Assembly: GCA_964425215.1 (NCBI GenBank)
Contig: CAYRLW010000004.1
Span: forward strand, 64,919-128,918
Reading direction: 5' to 3'
Origin: an uncultured Treponema sp.
Lineage (GTDB): Bacteria; Spirochaetota; Spirochaetia; Treponematales; Breznakiellaceae
Length of the DNA stretch: 64,000 nt
The notes below the pieces were generated by a model that had not been told where the DNA came from, ran no database searches, and saw only the letters and a list, made by a program, of their open reading frames with translations. Every line of letters starts with the position of its first letter. Position 1 is the stretch's first letter. The translations under genes were made by a program, and so were the position numbers. Below are positions 36,335 through 45,751 of the stretch, one piece after another.

Positions 36335-38387
36335 GGAGCATGGGATGACGGAAAATAACGGGAAGACGGACAAAAATCGATCCTGGATAAAGGGAGCCCT
36401 GGTGGCGGTGGGAATACTCGCGGTGCTGGGATTGGGCATCGGCGCGTACAGTTACCTGGGTCAAAGTCAGGAAGCTAAAGCCCGGTCCAACACCCTGGCC
36501 TTAGCGCAGGATTATATTAACAGGGGAGACTACCAGCGAGCCCTGGATTTGCTGGACAAGCTCCTTATCGCCAACGCGGGGGACCAGGAGGCGAAAAAAC
36601 TCCGGGATCGGGCGATGGACGCCTCTAAAACCTCGGGGTCGCCGCAAAACGCCGGGACTTCCGCTGGGGATACGAACAAGGAGGTCGCTTCGGCGCTCCA
36701 GCAGATTAGCAAGGCCGTGGAAAACGCTACCCAAGCGGCCCAGAGCGTTAAGGCCCTAAGTCCCCAGGAAGCGGCGGCCCAGCAGAAGGCCGAAGAGGCG
36801 CGGAAGCAGGCGGCGGCGGAACAAAAGGCCAAGGCCGAAGCCGAAGCGGCGGCCAAGGCGGAACAGGCGGCGGAACAGCGGGCCGCCGCGGAGGCCGAAG
36901 CGGCCCGTAAAAAGGCCCAGGAGGCTGAGCTGGCTCGGCAATCCAAAGAATTGCAGGATAAAATGCGCCTGGTAAACGATTTGGTCGCCCAGGGCCGTCA
37001 GGCGGTACAGCAAAAAGACTATACCACCGCCCAAAACTCTTTTTCCGAGGCCGTTTCCCGATTCCCCGAGGGGGAAAACCATTTTCAGGGGCAAAAATTG
37101 GCCGAAATCGCCGATTCCTACTACGGCGGATTTTCCCAGGATAGGGATGGGGAACAGGGGCAGGAAGCCTTAAAATCATCCATAAAGTACGCCCGGGACG
37201 CGATCAAAGCGGACAACGGTCAGGCTATGCCCCACTATACCCTGGGGAAAATTAACGGGGATTTAAAACAGTGGGATAACGCGGTGACCGAACTTAAGGA
37301 AGCCAACCGGCTGGATCCTAAAAATTACCTCTACGCCTTTGAATTAGGCCGGGCCCTCTTTAACGCCCGAAAATTCGCCGACGCCCGGCAGGCCTTTGAA
37401 ACCGCCACGTCCTTGAATTCCAACTTCGAGCCCGCTTGGTACAACCTGGGGGGAACCCTGCGGGTTCTGGGACGGCCTGACGACGCCCTCGCGGCGTACC
37501 GTAAGGCCGTGGCGGTTAAACCCGATTACGCGTTTGCCCATCGGGAGATCGGTCGGCTTCTCTTTGCCAAGGGTGACGTACCGGGGGCCATCGCCGCCTT
37601 TAACCGGGCCCTTCAGTTTATGCCTACCGATGGGGCTTCCCTCCGGGAATTGGGGGTTGCCCAGAGCGCTTCCGGGGACCTTAAGGCCGCAGAAGCATCC
37701 TTTACCAAGGCCCTGGCCATTTCTTCGGACGATGACCTAACCTGCTACAACATGGCGGTGGTAAAGCTTGGGCTTAACAAAAACGACGAAGCCTTAAGCT
37801 ACGCCCAAAAAGCGGTAACCCTAGCTCCATCGAACCCTGTGTACAACTATACCTTGGGCCTGGCCTATGAATCCCAAAAGAACCTGGACGGAGCCATTAC
37901 CGCCTACACCAAGGCCGCTGGGTTGGATAAAAAGTACATAAAACCCCGGATCAACTTGGGGGGCCTTTATTTAGCCAACGGCTTTCCCGACAAGGCGCTG
38001 GATTACCTTTTGGAAGCCTACGCCACGGATCCCAATTCCTTTGAAGTAAACAATAACCTGGGATCCGCCTACGCCCGTAAGGAACTGTGGGATAAAAGCA
38101 TCGAACATTACGAAAGGGCCTTGGCTTTGGAGCCAAAAAATGGCATAGTTCGACTCAATTTGGCCCGATCCTACGTCAGCGCGGGAAAATTAACCCAGGG
38201 AAGGGACGCGTACCTGGAATTGTTAAAGCTTGACCCCAAAAATTGGGACGCCCAGTTTGAGCTGGGAAAAACCTACGCCGCCCTGGGGGATACGGTTTCG
38301 GCAAAGCAACGATTAACGGATTTAATCAACAAAAATCCCTCCTACGAACGGAGGGCTGAGGCAGAAAAGATTATAGCGGGCTTATAA
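36297..38387 (+). CDS. large TPR-repeat protein with Ala/Glu/Lys-rich coiled-coil linker
   Basis: TM anchor; low-complexity AEQKAKAEAEAAAKAEQAAEQRAAAEAEAARKKAQEAE segment; at least 10 TPR repeats. Confidence 0.65.
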   Translation: MSKPTTDSLNCNKEHGMTENNGKTDKNRSWIKGALVAVGILAVLGLGIGAYSYLGQSQEAKARSNTLALAQDYINRGDYQRALDLLDKLLIANAGDQEAKKLRDRAMDASKTSGSPQNAGTSAGDTNKEVASALQQISKAVENATQAAQSVKALSPQEAAAQQKAEEARKQAAAEQKAKAEAEAAAKAEQAAEQRAAAEAEAARKKAQEAELARQSKELQDKMRLVNDLVAQGRQAVQQKDYTTAQNSFSEAVSRFPEGENHFQGQKLAEIADSYYGGFSQDRDGEQGQEALKSSIKYARDAIKADNGQAMPHYTLGKINGDLKQWDNAVTELKEANRLDPKNYLYAFELGRALFNARKFADARQAFETATSLNSNFEPAWYNLGGTLRVLGRPDDALAAYRKAVAVKPDYAFAHREIGRLLFAKGDVPGAIAAFNRALQFMPTDGASLRELGVAQSASGDLKAAEASFTKALAISSDDDLTCYNMAVVKLGLNKNDEALSYAQKAVTLAPSNPVYNYTLGLAYESQKNLDGAITAYTKAAGLDKKYIKPRINLGGLYLANGFPDKALDYLLEAYATDPNSFEVNNNLGSAYARKELWDKSIEHYERALALEPKNGIVRLNLARSYVSAGKLTQGRDAYLELLKLDPKNWDAQFELGKTYAALGDTVSAKQRLTDLINKNPSYERRAEAEKIIAGL

Positions 38388-38421
38388 AAGGTCTTGCGTA
38401 GGTTTTTACAAGGAGCGAGGA

Positions 38422-38691
38422 ATGAACGCCATCATCACCGTTGTGGGTACCGATCAGGTCGGTATCATCGCTAGGGTTAGCGCTTTTTTAGCGGAACGGA
38501 ATATCAATATCGAGGATATTAGCCAGACCGTCCTTTCGGGGAATTTCGTTATGATGATGATGGTAGATCTGTCCCAGGCCGCCCAGGGCCTGGCCACGGT
38601 AAAGGACGATTTAAAAGCCCTGGGAGATACGATGGGGGTTTCCATAAGCATGATGCACGAGGGCGTTTTTAGCGCCATGCACAGGATTTAG
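38422..38691 (+). CDS. ACT-domain protein (UPF0237 family)
   Basis: 89 aa; ACT fold signature ([29 protein letters not shown]); conserved partner of UPF0210. Confidence 0.7.
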   Translation: MNAIITVVGTDQVGIIARVSAFLAERNINIEDISQTVLSGNFVMMMMVDLSQAAQGLATVKDDLKALGDTMGVSISMMHEGVFSAMHRI

Positions 38692-38702
38692 GAAAGTCCC
38701 CT

Positions 38703-40064
38703 ATGATTTTTACACCCTTCGAAATTAAAGAAACGGTGGACATGTTCCTCCGGTATAAATTGGATATCCGGGCGATTACCCTGGGAATATCCCTTTTGGA
38801 TTGCGTCTCCTCCTCCGGCGAGGAAACCCGGGGTAAAATAAGGGATAAACTGCTCCGCCTTGCGGGGCCGCTGGTTCAAGTGGGCCGGGATATCGAGGTG
38901 GAATACGGCATCCCTATTATCAATAAACGGGTCTCCGTAACCCCCATCGCCCTGGTGGCGGGGGCCTCGGAGGATAGGGACTATACCCCCTACGCGGAGG
39001 TTTTGGACTCGGTGGCCAAGGAACTGGGGATCGATTTTGTGGGGGGCTTTTCCGCCCTGGTTCAAAAGGGGTTTACCACGGGGGATCAACGGCTTATCGA
39101 TTCCATACCCCGGGCCCTGGCCACTACCGAACGGGTCTGCGCTTCCGTAAACGTGGCCACCACCAAAAGCGGTATCAATATGGACGCAGTTCGCCGAATG
39201 GGCGAGGTGGTAAAGGAAACCGCCGCCCTTACGGCGGATCGTGATGGATTGGGGTGCGCTAAACTGGTGGTATTTTGCAACGCCCCGGAGGATAACCCCT
39301 TTATGGCCGGGGCCTTTCACGGTCCCGGGGAGGGGGAATCCACGCTAAACGTGGGGGTTTCGGGCCCCGGGGTCGTGAAGGCGGCCCTGGAATCCTATCG
39401 GGGCGCGAGCTTTGACGATTTAGCCGACGCCATCAAAAAAACGGCCTTTAAAATTACCCGTATGGGCCTTTTGGTAGGCCAGGAAGCGGCCAAGCGGCTC
39501 CACGTACCCTTTGGTATTTTGGACCTTTCATTAGCCCCGACCCCCGAGGTGGGAGATTCGGTGGCCCGGATTTTGGAAGAGATGGGGCTGGAGTCGGCGG
39601 GAACCCACGGAACCACCGCCGCGTTGGCCATGCTCACCGATATGGTTAAAAAGGGTGGTGTGATGGCCTCTACCCATGTGGGGGGCCTGTCGGGGGCCTT
39701 TATTCCCGTGTCGGAAGACGAAGGCATGGTCGCCGCCGTTCGAGCGGGGTCCCTTTCCCTGGATAAACTGGAGGCTATGACCTGCGTATGTTCGGTGGGT
39801 TTGGACATGGTCGCCGTTCCCGGGGATACGAGCGCCGCCACCCTTTCGGCGATCATGGCCGACGAAATGGCCATTGGTATGGTAAACAACAAAACCACCG
39901 CGGTCCGTATCATCCCTGTTCCCGGGAAAAAGGCGGGGGATTGGGCCGAATTTGGGGGGCTTCTGGGAGGGGCGCCCATTATGCCCGTCCACCGCTTTAG
40001 TAGCGACGCCTTTATAGCCCGGGGGGGACGTATTCCCGCTCCCATCCATAGTTTTAGGAATTAG
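38703..40064 (+). CDS. UPF0210 family protein
   Basis: 453 aa; typical UPF0210 N-terminus ([14 protein letters not shown]) and Gly-rich core; pairs with upstream ACT protein. Confidence 0.7.
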   Translation: MIFTPFEIKETVDMFLRYKLDIRAITLGISLLDCVSSSGEETRGKIRDKLLRLAGPLVQVGRDIEVEYGIPIINKRVSVTPIALVAGASEDRDYTPYAEVLDSVAKELGIDFVGGFSALVQKGFTTGDQRLIDSIPRALATTERVCASVNVATTKSGINMDAVRRMGEVVKETAALTADRDGLGCAKLVVFCNAPEDNPFMAGAFHGPGEGESTLNVGVSGPGVVKAALESYRGASFDDLADAIKKTAFKITRMGLLVGQEAAKRLHVPFGILDLSLAPTPEVGDSVARILEEMGLESAGTHGTTAALAMLTDMVKKGGVMASTHVGGLSGAFIPVSEDEGMVAAVRAGSLSLDKLEAMTCVCSVGLDMVAVPGDTSAATLSAIMADEMAIGMVNNKTTAVRIIPVPGKKAGDWAEFGGLLGGAPIMPVHRFSSDAFIARGGRIPAPIHSFRN

Positions 40065-40066
40065 GG

Positions 40067-41233
40067 ATGGACCTAAAAAAAACACTTTGGGATCGGCGCT
40101 TTTATTTTGTCGCCATCGTGGCCATGGGTCTGGGCGGGGCCATGGTGGATTCCTCTTTCAATAATTTTTTAAAATCCAATTGGGATATGGGGGGACTTGC
40201 GCGAAGCAGTTTGGAGCTACCCCGGGAATTGCCGGGGTTTTTAAACGTCTTTGTAGCCGCCCTGTTGGCCTTCTTGCCCGGAAGAAGGGTAGGGGCCGTG
40301 GCTTTTGCCCTGCAAGCCCTGGGAATTGCCCTGCTGGGCCTCTTTTCTTCGGGCTTTTCGGTGATGACCCTGTGGCTTTTTACGTACAGCCTGGGTCAAC
40401 ATCTGTTTTTACCCCTCCAGCAGTCCATCGGTATGGAACTTTCCAGCGAAGGGGGCGAGGGTAGCCTGTTGGGCCGGGCGAACGCCGTCAAAAACGGAGC
40501 CCAATTGGTCGGAGGCCTTCTGGTTTTGGTGGCCTTTGGGTTTTTCCGTATTACCTTTACGGCAAACTTTATGGCCGCCGCTCTGGTCTTTCTCTTTGGC
40601 GCCCTGGCGCTTTTTTCCATGTCGGCGCCTAAAAGGGATCGGCGGACCTCATCCCTCATTTTAAAAAAGCGGTACTCCCTTTTTTACGTTCTTTCGATTC
40701 TCTACGGTACCCGGAAGCAACTGTTTATCACCTTTGCTCCCTGGGTTATCGTTACCATTTACGGTAAGCCCACCTCCGTCATGGCGGCCCTGTATTTAGC
40801 CGGAGGGCTTGCGGGGGTCATTTTTCAACCGATTATCGGCAGGGCGGTGGACCGGCGGGGCGAACGGTTTATGCTGGGTTTGGAAGCCCTTCTGCTTATT
40901 CCGGTGTGTTTTTTTTACGGCTTTTCCCATTTTATTTTTCCCGAGGCCATCGCCTTCGCCCTGGTGTGTATCTGTTACGTGATGGATTCCCTGCTCATGT
41001 CCTTCGGTATCGCCCGCTCCATTTGGCTTAAAAAAATCGCCCTAAACCCTTCGGACGTGGCTCCTACCTTGGCCATGGGGGTTTCCATCGACCATATTTT
41101 TTCAATCACCGTGGCCCTGTTGGCGGGGCTTCTGTGGGATAGGGCGGGCTACCAGTTCGTGTTTTTAAGCGGGGCTGGAATCGCGGTCCTTAATTTTATC
41201 GCTACCCGGTTTGTCAGCGCCTCGAAGGCCTGA
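40067..41233 (+). CDS. MFS-type transporter
   Basis: About 12 predicted TM segments; MFS-like loop motif (GRAVDRRGER). Confidence 0.6.
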   Translation: MDLKKTLWDRRFYFVAIVAMGLGGAMVDSSFNNFLKSNWDMGGLARSSLELPRELPGFLNVFVAALLAFLPGRRVGAVAFALQALGIALLGLFSSGFSVMTLWLFTYSLGQHLFLPLQQSIGMELSSEGGEGSLLGRANAVKNGAQLVGGLLVLVAFGFFRITFTANFMAAALVFLFGALALFSMSAPKRDRRTSSLILKKRYSLFYVLSILYGTRKQLFITFAPWVIVTIYGKPTSVMAALYLAGGLAGVIFQPIIGRAVDRRGERFMLGLEALLLIPVCFFYGFSHFIFPEAIAFALVCICYVMDSLLMSFGIARSIWLKKIALNPSDVAPTLAMGVSIDHIFSITVALLAGLLWDRAGYQFVFLSGAGIAVLNFIATRFVSASKA

Positions 41234-41774
41234 AGAAACCGAACAGGCTTCCGAAGAATCCTCCCACGATATGGGCAAACTCGGAAATATTGTTGCTTTG
41301 AAACGAGTTGAACAATTCCCGGCCCAGGTAGAGCACCAAAATAAGGATAAAGGTTAGGGGAATTTCCCCCTTGTTAAAATTAGTAAAGGACGCCAAAAGG
41401 ATCATCATAAACACGATGCCCGAGGCTCCTAAAAGGGCGGTGGGGAACAGAAAGGCGTTCAGGATCCCGGTTATAAAGGCCGTGACCACCATCATAAAAA
41501 GAAGGGAAAGGGACCCGTAGGTTTCTTCCAAAATGGGGCCGATAAGCAGGATAAAAGAAAAATTGGAAATCAGGTGGTTCCAATTCGCATGGCCAATCAC
41601 GTGGGTAAAGAGACGCACCCAGTCCCCCCACCGGTGGGCGGAAAAGGTACGGTTCCCCGGTACCATGAACCAATTCTCGGTCAGGTGGGGTACGATCGTT
41701 TGGGATAGTACCAGCACGAGGGCGCACACAAAGGCGTAGGTTAGTACCGTGGGGGAGTTGTATTTGATCCGCAT
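41214..41774 (-). CDS. rhomboid-family intramembrane serine protease
   Basis: GHANWNHL...GASGIVF (GxSG catalytic Ser) and downstream His-containing TM helix. Confidence 0.7.
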   Translation of the reverse strand: MRIKYNSPTVLTYAFVCALVLVLSQTIVPHLTENWFMVPGNRTFSAHRWGDWVRLFTHVIGHANWNHLISNFSFILLIGPILEETYGSLSLLFMMVVTAFITGILNAFLFPTALLGASGIVFMMILLASFTNFNKGEIPLTFILILVLYLGRELFNSFQSNNISEFAHIVGGFFGSLFGFFRPSRR

Positions 41775-41784
41775 AATCTATCCT

Positions 41785-42603
41785 TTAAACGGTTAGTTCT
41801 ATCTCTACGGGGCAATGGTCGGACCCCATAACGTCGCTTCGTATAATCGATTTTGTTACGGCCCCTAAGAAAGTCCGGTTGACACAGTGGTAATCGATTC
41901 TCCAGCCGATATTCTTTTCCCGGGCCCGCATACGGTAGGACCACCAACTGTAGTGTCCCCCCTCGCTTGGTTTAAAATGACGAAAGGTATCCACGTACCC
42001 CGAGGCGGTAAAGGTATCCATCCAGGCTCGTTCTTCGGGCAAATACCCCGGATTCCCCTCGTTTTCCTTGGGCCGGGCCAAATCGATGGGCTTATGGGCG
42101 ATATTATAGTCTCCGCAGAGGAGGATGTTTTTTCCCTTCTTGGTTAGGGCTTCGCAGGTTTCCAGCATGGCTTGGCAGAAGGCCAGCTTGTAATCCAGCC
42201 GGGCCCCCGCTTCCTGAGAATTGGGGAAATAGGCGTTAATAAGGGTAAAGGCGGGAAACTCGGCCAGCAAAACCCGGCCCTCGTCGTCAAAGTCCTGGTA
42301 TCCCATGGTACGGACGTCCAGGGGTTCTACTTTTGAATAAATCACCACCCCCGAGTAGCCTGGCCGTTTTGCGGAGGCCCAGTAGGACCTGTAGGGGGTC
42401 CCCTGGCCGTCCACCGGCTGGGCCAGTTCTTCGGATACCTGGTCGGGCCGGGCCTTTGTTTCCTGCAGGCAGAGCAGATCCGGGGATTCAGTACGGATCC
42501 ATTCGGCCAGGCCCTTTTTTTCTACCGCCCGGATTCCATTGACGTTCCACGAAGCTATACGCATAGTAGAACATAGTATAGAAAGAACGGGGACCCGGCG
42601 CAA
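41785..42603 (-). CDS. xth: exodeoxyribonuclease III
   Basis: MRIASWNVNGIRA, LCLQETK, DxNxxH and C-terminal SDHCPV motifs of the Xth/APE1 family. Confidence 0.9.
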   Translation of the reverse strand: MRRVPVLSILCSTMRIASWNVNGIRAVEKKGLAEWIRTESPDLLCLQETKARPDQVSEELAQPVDGQGTPYRSYWASAKRPGYSGVVIYSKVEPLDVRTMGYQDFDDEGRVLLAEFPAFTLINAYFPNSQEAGARLDYKLAFCQAMLETCEALTKKGKNILLCGDYNIAHKPIDLARPKENEGNPGYLPEERAWMDTFTASGYVDTFRHFKPSEGGHYSWWSYRMRAREKNIGWRIDYHCVNRTFLGAVTKSIIRSDVMGSDHCPVEIELTV

Positions 42604-42682
42604 TAGCGCCGGGGAGTTTGTCGGCCCAGGCCCGACAAACTCCCCGGTTTCCTAAAAATTACGATAAACCCGGCTCCAGGTT

Positions 42683-43168
42683 TTACTTTTTACCCCCCGA
42701 GGATCCCGAACTAGACGACCCCTGGCCGCCGGATCCCTGATTGCCCGATTGGGTTCGAGTCTGGGTCTGGTTTTTGGTTTCCTCTCCGGTTTGCAGGCGT
42801 AGCCGCTCCCTATCCTGCTGGGTAAGCTGGATCGCCTTTTCCACCTTCAGGGTTTTGCCCGCCGCTACCACTTCCCGGGCGTACAGACGAACCTGCTGGC
42901 CCACCGTAGGATCGGCGTTGATCATAACTCCCCGGATTTGCAGTTGTTCTTGATCCCGAATCTGGAGCTGGTTCAATTCCCCCCCGGGGACCATCACTTC
43001 CACCTGGCTCCCATCCCGCAGTTGAAGCATTACCCGATTTTGTACCGCCGACTCGGGAGCCACGATTACCGTGCCTTCCATGGTCGTTACCTTTTCCGCG
43101 TTTCCGTTAGCCCAAAGGGCTCCGGTGGCTACCGCGAAAACCGCAAAAATCGTAAGTATCCGTTTCAT
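42683..43168 (-). CDS. secreted protein with Gln/Gly/Ser-rich C-terminal tail
   Basis: Signal peptide; low-complexity C-terminus; no family. Confidence 0.4.
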   Translation of the reverse strand: MKRILTIFAVFAVATGALWANGNAEKVTTMEGTVIVAPESAVQNRVMLQLRDGSQVEVMVPGGELNQLQIRDQEQLQIRGVMINADPTVGQQVRLYAREVVAAGKTLKVEKAIQLTQQDRERLRLQTGEETKNQTQTRTQSGNQGSGGQGSSSSGSSGGKK

Positions 43169-43282
43169 GTTGACCTCCTGATTGTCCGCTTGATCGATCT
43201 CTTGATAGATCGTTCTACCCTTGTATACTCACCGAGAGCCCGAGGGGTTGCATAAATTTTTTTTGTGATATAGTTAGGGGTT

Positions 43283-43876
43283 GTGGGTACCATAAGCGTC
43301 GATGATGAAACCAGGGATCTGGTGGCGATCCAAAAAACCCTTTCGGGAAACCCCGAAGCCTTTCGTACCATCGTGGAGGCGTATCAAAAACGGTTGTACC
43401 AATTTTGTCTGGTCCGTTTGGGGGACAGCGACGCCGCTTCCGACGCTACCCAAGAAATTTTAATCCGGGCGTACAAATCCCTGGCTACCTTTAAAATAGG
43501 TCGAAACTTTCGAGCCTGGATTTTTTCTATCGCGTTCCACCATCTCTATTCGGGATGGAAACGAAAAAAAAGGGACGAGGAAAAGCTCCAACGGTCCTAC
43601 TACCCTGAAGAAGTGGGGGCCACCAATCCGGAAGAGACTCTGCTCTCCTTAGAAAACGCCCGGGAACTTCAGAGGGCCTTGGGAAAGCTAAAGGAAGAAC
43701 AGGCCACGGTCTTGTATCTCCATTATTTTGAAGGTCTATCCGTAGCGGATATCGCCGCTACTTTACATATGGGGGAAGAAAACGTCAAAACCCGGCTCTT
43801 TCGGGGGCGAAAAAAATTGAGGGAATTATTGGAAAAATCGCAACCCACCTTTCCCTGGGGAGGTATAGGTATATGA
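43283..43876 (+). CDS. ECF (sigma-70 family) RNA polymerase sigma factor
   Basis: Region 2 (RLYQFCLVRLGD...ATQEILIRAYKSL, FRAWIFSIAFH) and region 4 HTH (LSVADIAATLHMGEENVKTRLFRGRKKL). Confidence 0.8.
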   Translation: MGTISVDDETRDLVAIQKTLSGNPEAFRTIVEAYQKRLYQFCLVRLGDSDAASDATQEILIRAYKSLATFKIGRNFRAWIFSIAFHHLYSGWKRKKRDEEKLQRSYYPEEVGATNPEETLLSLENARELQRALGKLKEEQATVLYLHYFEGLSVADIAATLHMGEENVKTRLFRGRKKLRELLEKSQPTFPWGGIGI

Positions 43877-44565
43877 TGAACTGTCAAGAGGTTTCGACCA
43901 TAGTAGATCGATGGGAAGCCGGCGAAACGATCCACCCCTCCACGTTCGCCGAAGTGGAAGCCCACATCCGCTCCTGCCCCTCTTGCACGCGGAGTCTGGA
44001 AGGCCTATTACCCCTCCTTCGCGCCGACGTTTCCCACGCGGTTCTCCGTTTTCCCGGGGTAAGCGATTTTTCCATCGCCGACCGGGTTATGGACGGGATC
44101 CTCCAAAAGGGTAGCCGATCTTCCAGGCTGTCCGGGAACTCGGCTCCGAAGGGCGTGTATGGCCGGCACCTTTCCCTAAGGCCCTTTCTCCGCCCCGGCC
44201 GTATCGGAGCCTTCGCGGCGGCCTTCGCGGCGGTCCTGGTCCTTGCCCTTGGGATTTCCCGGTTTATGGTCAACCCCGCCGTAGCGGCCGCCGCGGCGGA
44301 TCGGGTGACCGTTACCTTCGTGCTGGAGGCCCCCCAGGCAAAAAGCGTGGCGGTGACGGGAAACTTTGATAATTGGTCGGACCAGGGGATACCCTTGCGG
44401 AAGCAGGGGGATGGGAAAACGTGGAAAGCCACGGTTACGTTGAAACGATCTTTAGAGTATCGCTATAATTTTGTGATCGACGGGGAACGGTATATCAGCG
44501 ATCCACGGGCGGTGCTGTCGGTGGACGACGGATTTGGCGGTCAAGTGTCCCTTTTAGACCTATAG
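43873..44565 (+). CDS. anti-sigma factor (zf-HC2) with C-terminal CBM48-like (AMPK-beta glycogen-binding-like) domain
   Basis: N-terminal C..H...C..C zinc finger (CQEV...HIRSCPSC), one TM segment, C-terminal VTVTFVLEAPQAKSVAVTGNFDNWSDQGIPL...WKATVTL...YRYNFVIDGERYISDP; ATGA overlap with sigma gene. Confidence 0.6.
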   Translation: MMNCQEVSTIVDRWEAGETIHPSTFAEVEAHIRSCPSCTRSLEGLLPLLRADVSHAVLRFPGVSDFSIADRVMDGILQKGSRSSRLSGNSAPKGVYGRHLSLRPFLRPGRIGAFAAAFAAVLVLALGISRFMVNPAVAAAAADRVTVTFVLEAPQAKSVAVTGNFDNWSDQGIPLRKQGDGKTWKATVTLKRSLEYRYNFVIDGERYISDPRAVLSVDDGFGGQVSLLDL

Positions 44566-44575
44566 GAGCTCCAGT

Positions 44576-45016
44576 ATGAGGGATAGGAAGTTTATTTTGG
44601 GCCTTATTTTGGTAGGGTCTTTGAACATTGGTCTTTTTGCCATCGAGGATCCTCTGGATCTGGCCTTTTCCTTGGCAAAGAAAAACTGGATTTCCCTCAA
44701 CGCAACCGCTGAACAGGGCGTCGTGACGGCTAGAACCCCTTCTTTGGAGCCCCTTCTCCGTCCCTACGCCCTGGAAATTCGATCCCTGATGGCCCGGGGC
44801 TATTCGGCCCAGGAAAGCTCCGCGGCGGTTCGCCAAAAAATGGCCCTGGATCTGGGGCCTTCCCAGGACCGGCAAATTCGGACACGGTTAAAGAGTCTGG
44901 AAGAAAAGCAAGCCCTTCGTACTATGGAGAACCCTTCCCGCGGAACTTCGGGCCAGGGTCTTTCTTCGATGGGTCAGTGGGGGCCGGATCACCGGAACCC
45001 CGGGGGACGGAACTAA
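44576..45016 (+). CDS. small secreted hypothetical protein
   Basis: Signal peptide; in operon after anti-sigma. Confidence 0.4.
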   Translation: MRDRKFILGLILVGSLNIGLFAIEDPLDLAFSLAKKNWISLNATAEQGVVTARTPSLEPLLRPYALEIRSLMARGYSAQESSAAVRQKMALDLGPSQDRQIRTRLKSLEEKQALRTMENPSRGTSGQGLSSMGQWGPDHRNPGGRN

Positions 45017-45019
45017 AAC

Positions 45020-45751
45020 GTGAAAGCCCAGGGCCTACCTATCCTTTCATGGTTGCGGATCTCAACGGTAATGCTACTTTTAGCCCAATTTTTTGTTCCC
45101 CCGGCAGTGGGCGCGGAAGTCCAAACCTACGCCCCCCTGGCCTGGCTGGACAGTCCTAGCGCCAGCCCCTACCAGGAAATTCGGGGGGAGCTGGAAGCCC
45201 TTTTTTCCCAAGCCCAGGGGGCGGGCCTTCCTGCGGAGGTCCTAATGGATACCCTGCGGGAAGGGACGGCAAAAAGGGTCGCGCCCCCCCTGCTTCTGAG
45301 AGCCCTCCGGTCCGAATGGGATCGGGACCGGTTCTTGCTGTCCCTCTTTCAATCGATTCGAATTACCACACAAGCACCCTTAGGAGAACTGATCCGTCGC
45401 GGATCGGTGCTTTTACGGGGGGGGATTTCTATGGATACCCTGGATGCCCTTTTGGATTATACGCTGATTCTTGGAAAAACCGCCGATAGGGCCTTGTCCG
45501 CGGCGGGGGCGGCCCTGAGGATTGTGGCCATAAGCGAAGGGGACCCTTCCATGGTGGGACCCCTGGCCCAATGCCTGGTCCGCAGTACCCTGGGGGAAGA
45601 AGATTTTACCACCCTCGTATCGGTGGCCCTTAAGGGCAAACGCTTAGGAATTACCCGGGAATCCTTTATTCGGCTTGTACAGGGAACCCTGGATAGGGGC
45701 GGGGGCATTAGCATGGTGGATAGGGAATTGGAACGGAGGGGAAAAAATTGA
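45020..45751 (+). CDS. secreted hypothetical protein (243 aa)
   Basis: GTG start 4 nt after previous stop; signal peptide; Leu/Arg-rich helical. Confidence 0.4.
   Translation: MKAQGLPILSWLRISTVMLLLAQFFVPPAVGAEVQTYAPLAWLDSPSASPYQEIRGELEALFSQAQGAGLPAEVLMDTLREGTAKRVAPPLLLRALRSEWDRDRFLLSLFQSIRITTQAPLGELIRRGSVLLRGGISMDTLDALLDYTLILGKTADRALSAAGAALRIVAISEGDPSMVGPLAQCLVRSTLGEEDFTTLVSVALKGKRLGITRESFIRLVQGTLDRGGGISMVDRELERRGKN

Noticed and set aside
39395-40085. Two antisense ORFs of 216 and 184 aa inside the UPF0210 gene
   Set aside because: Antisense to a conserved family gene; no independent support.
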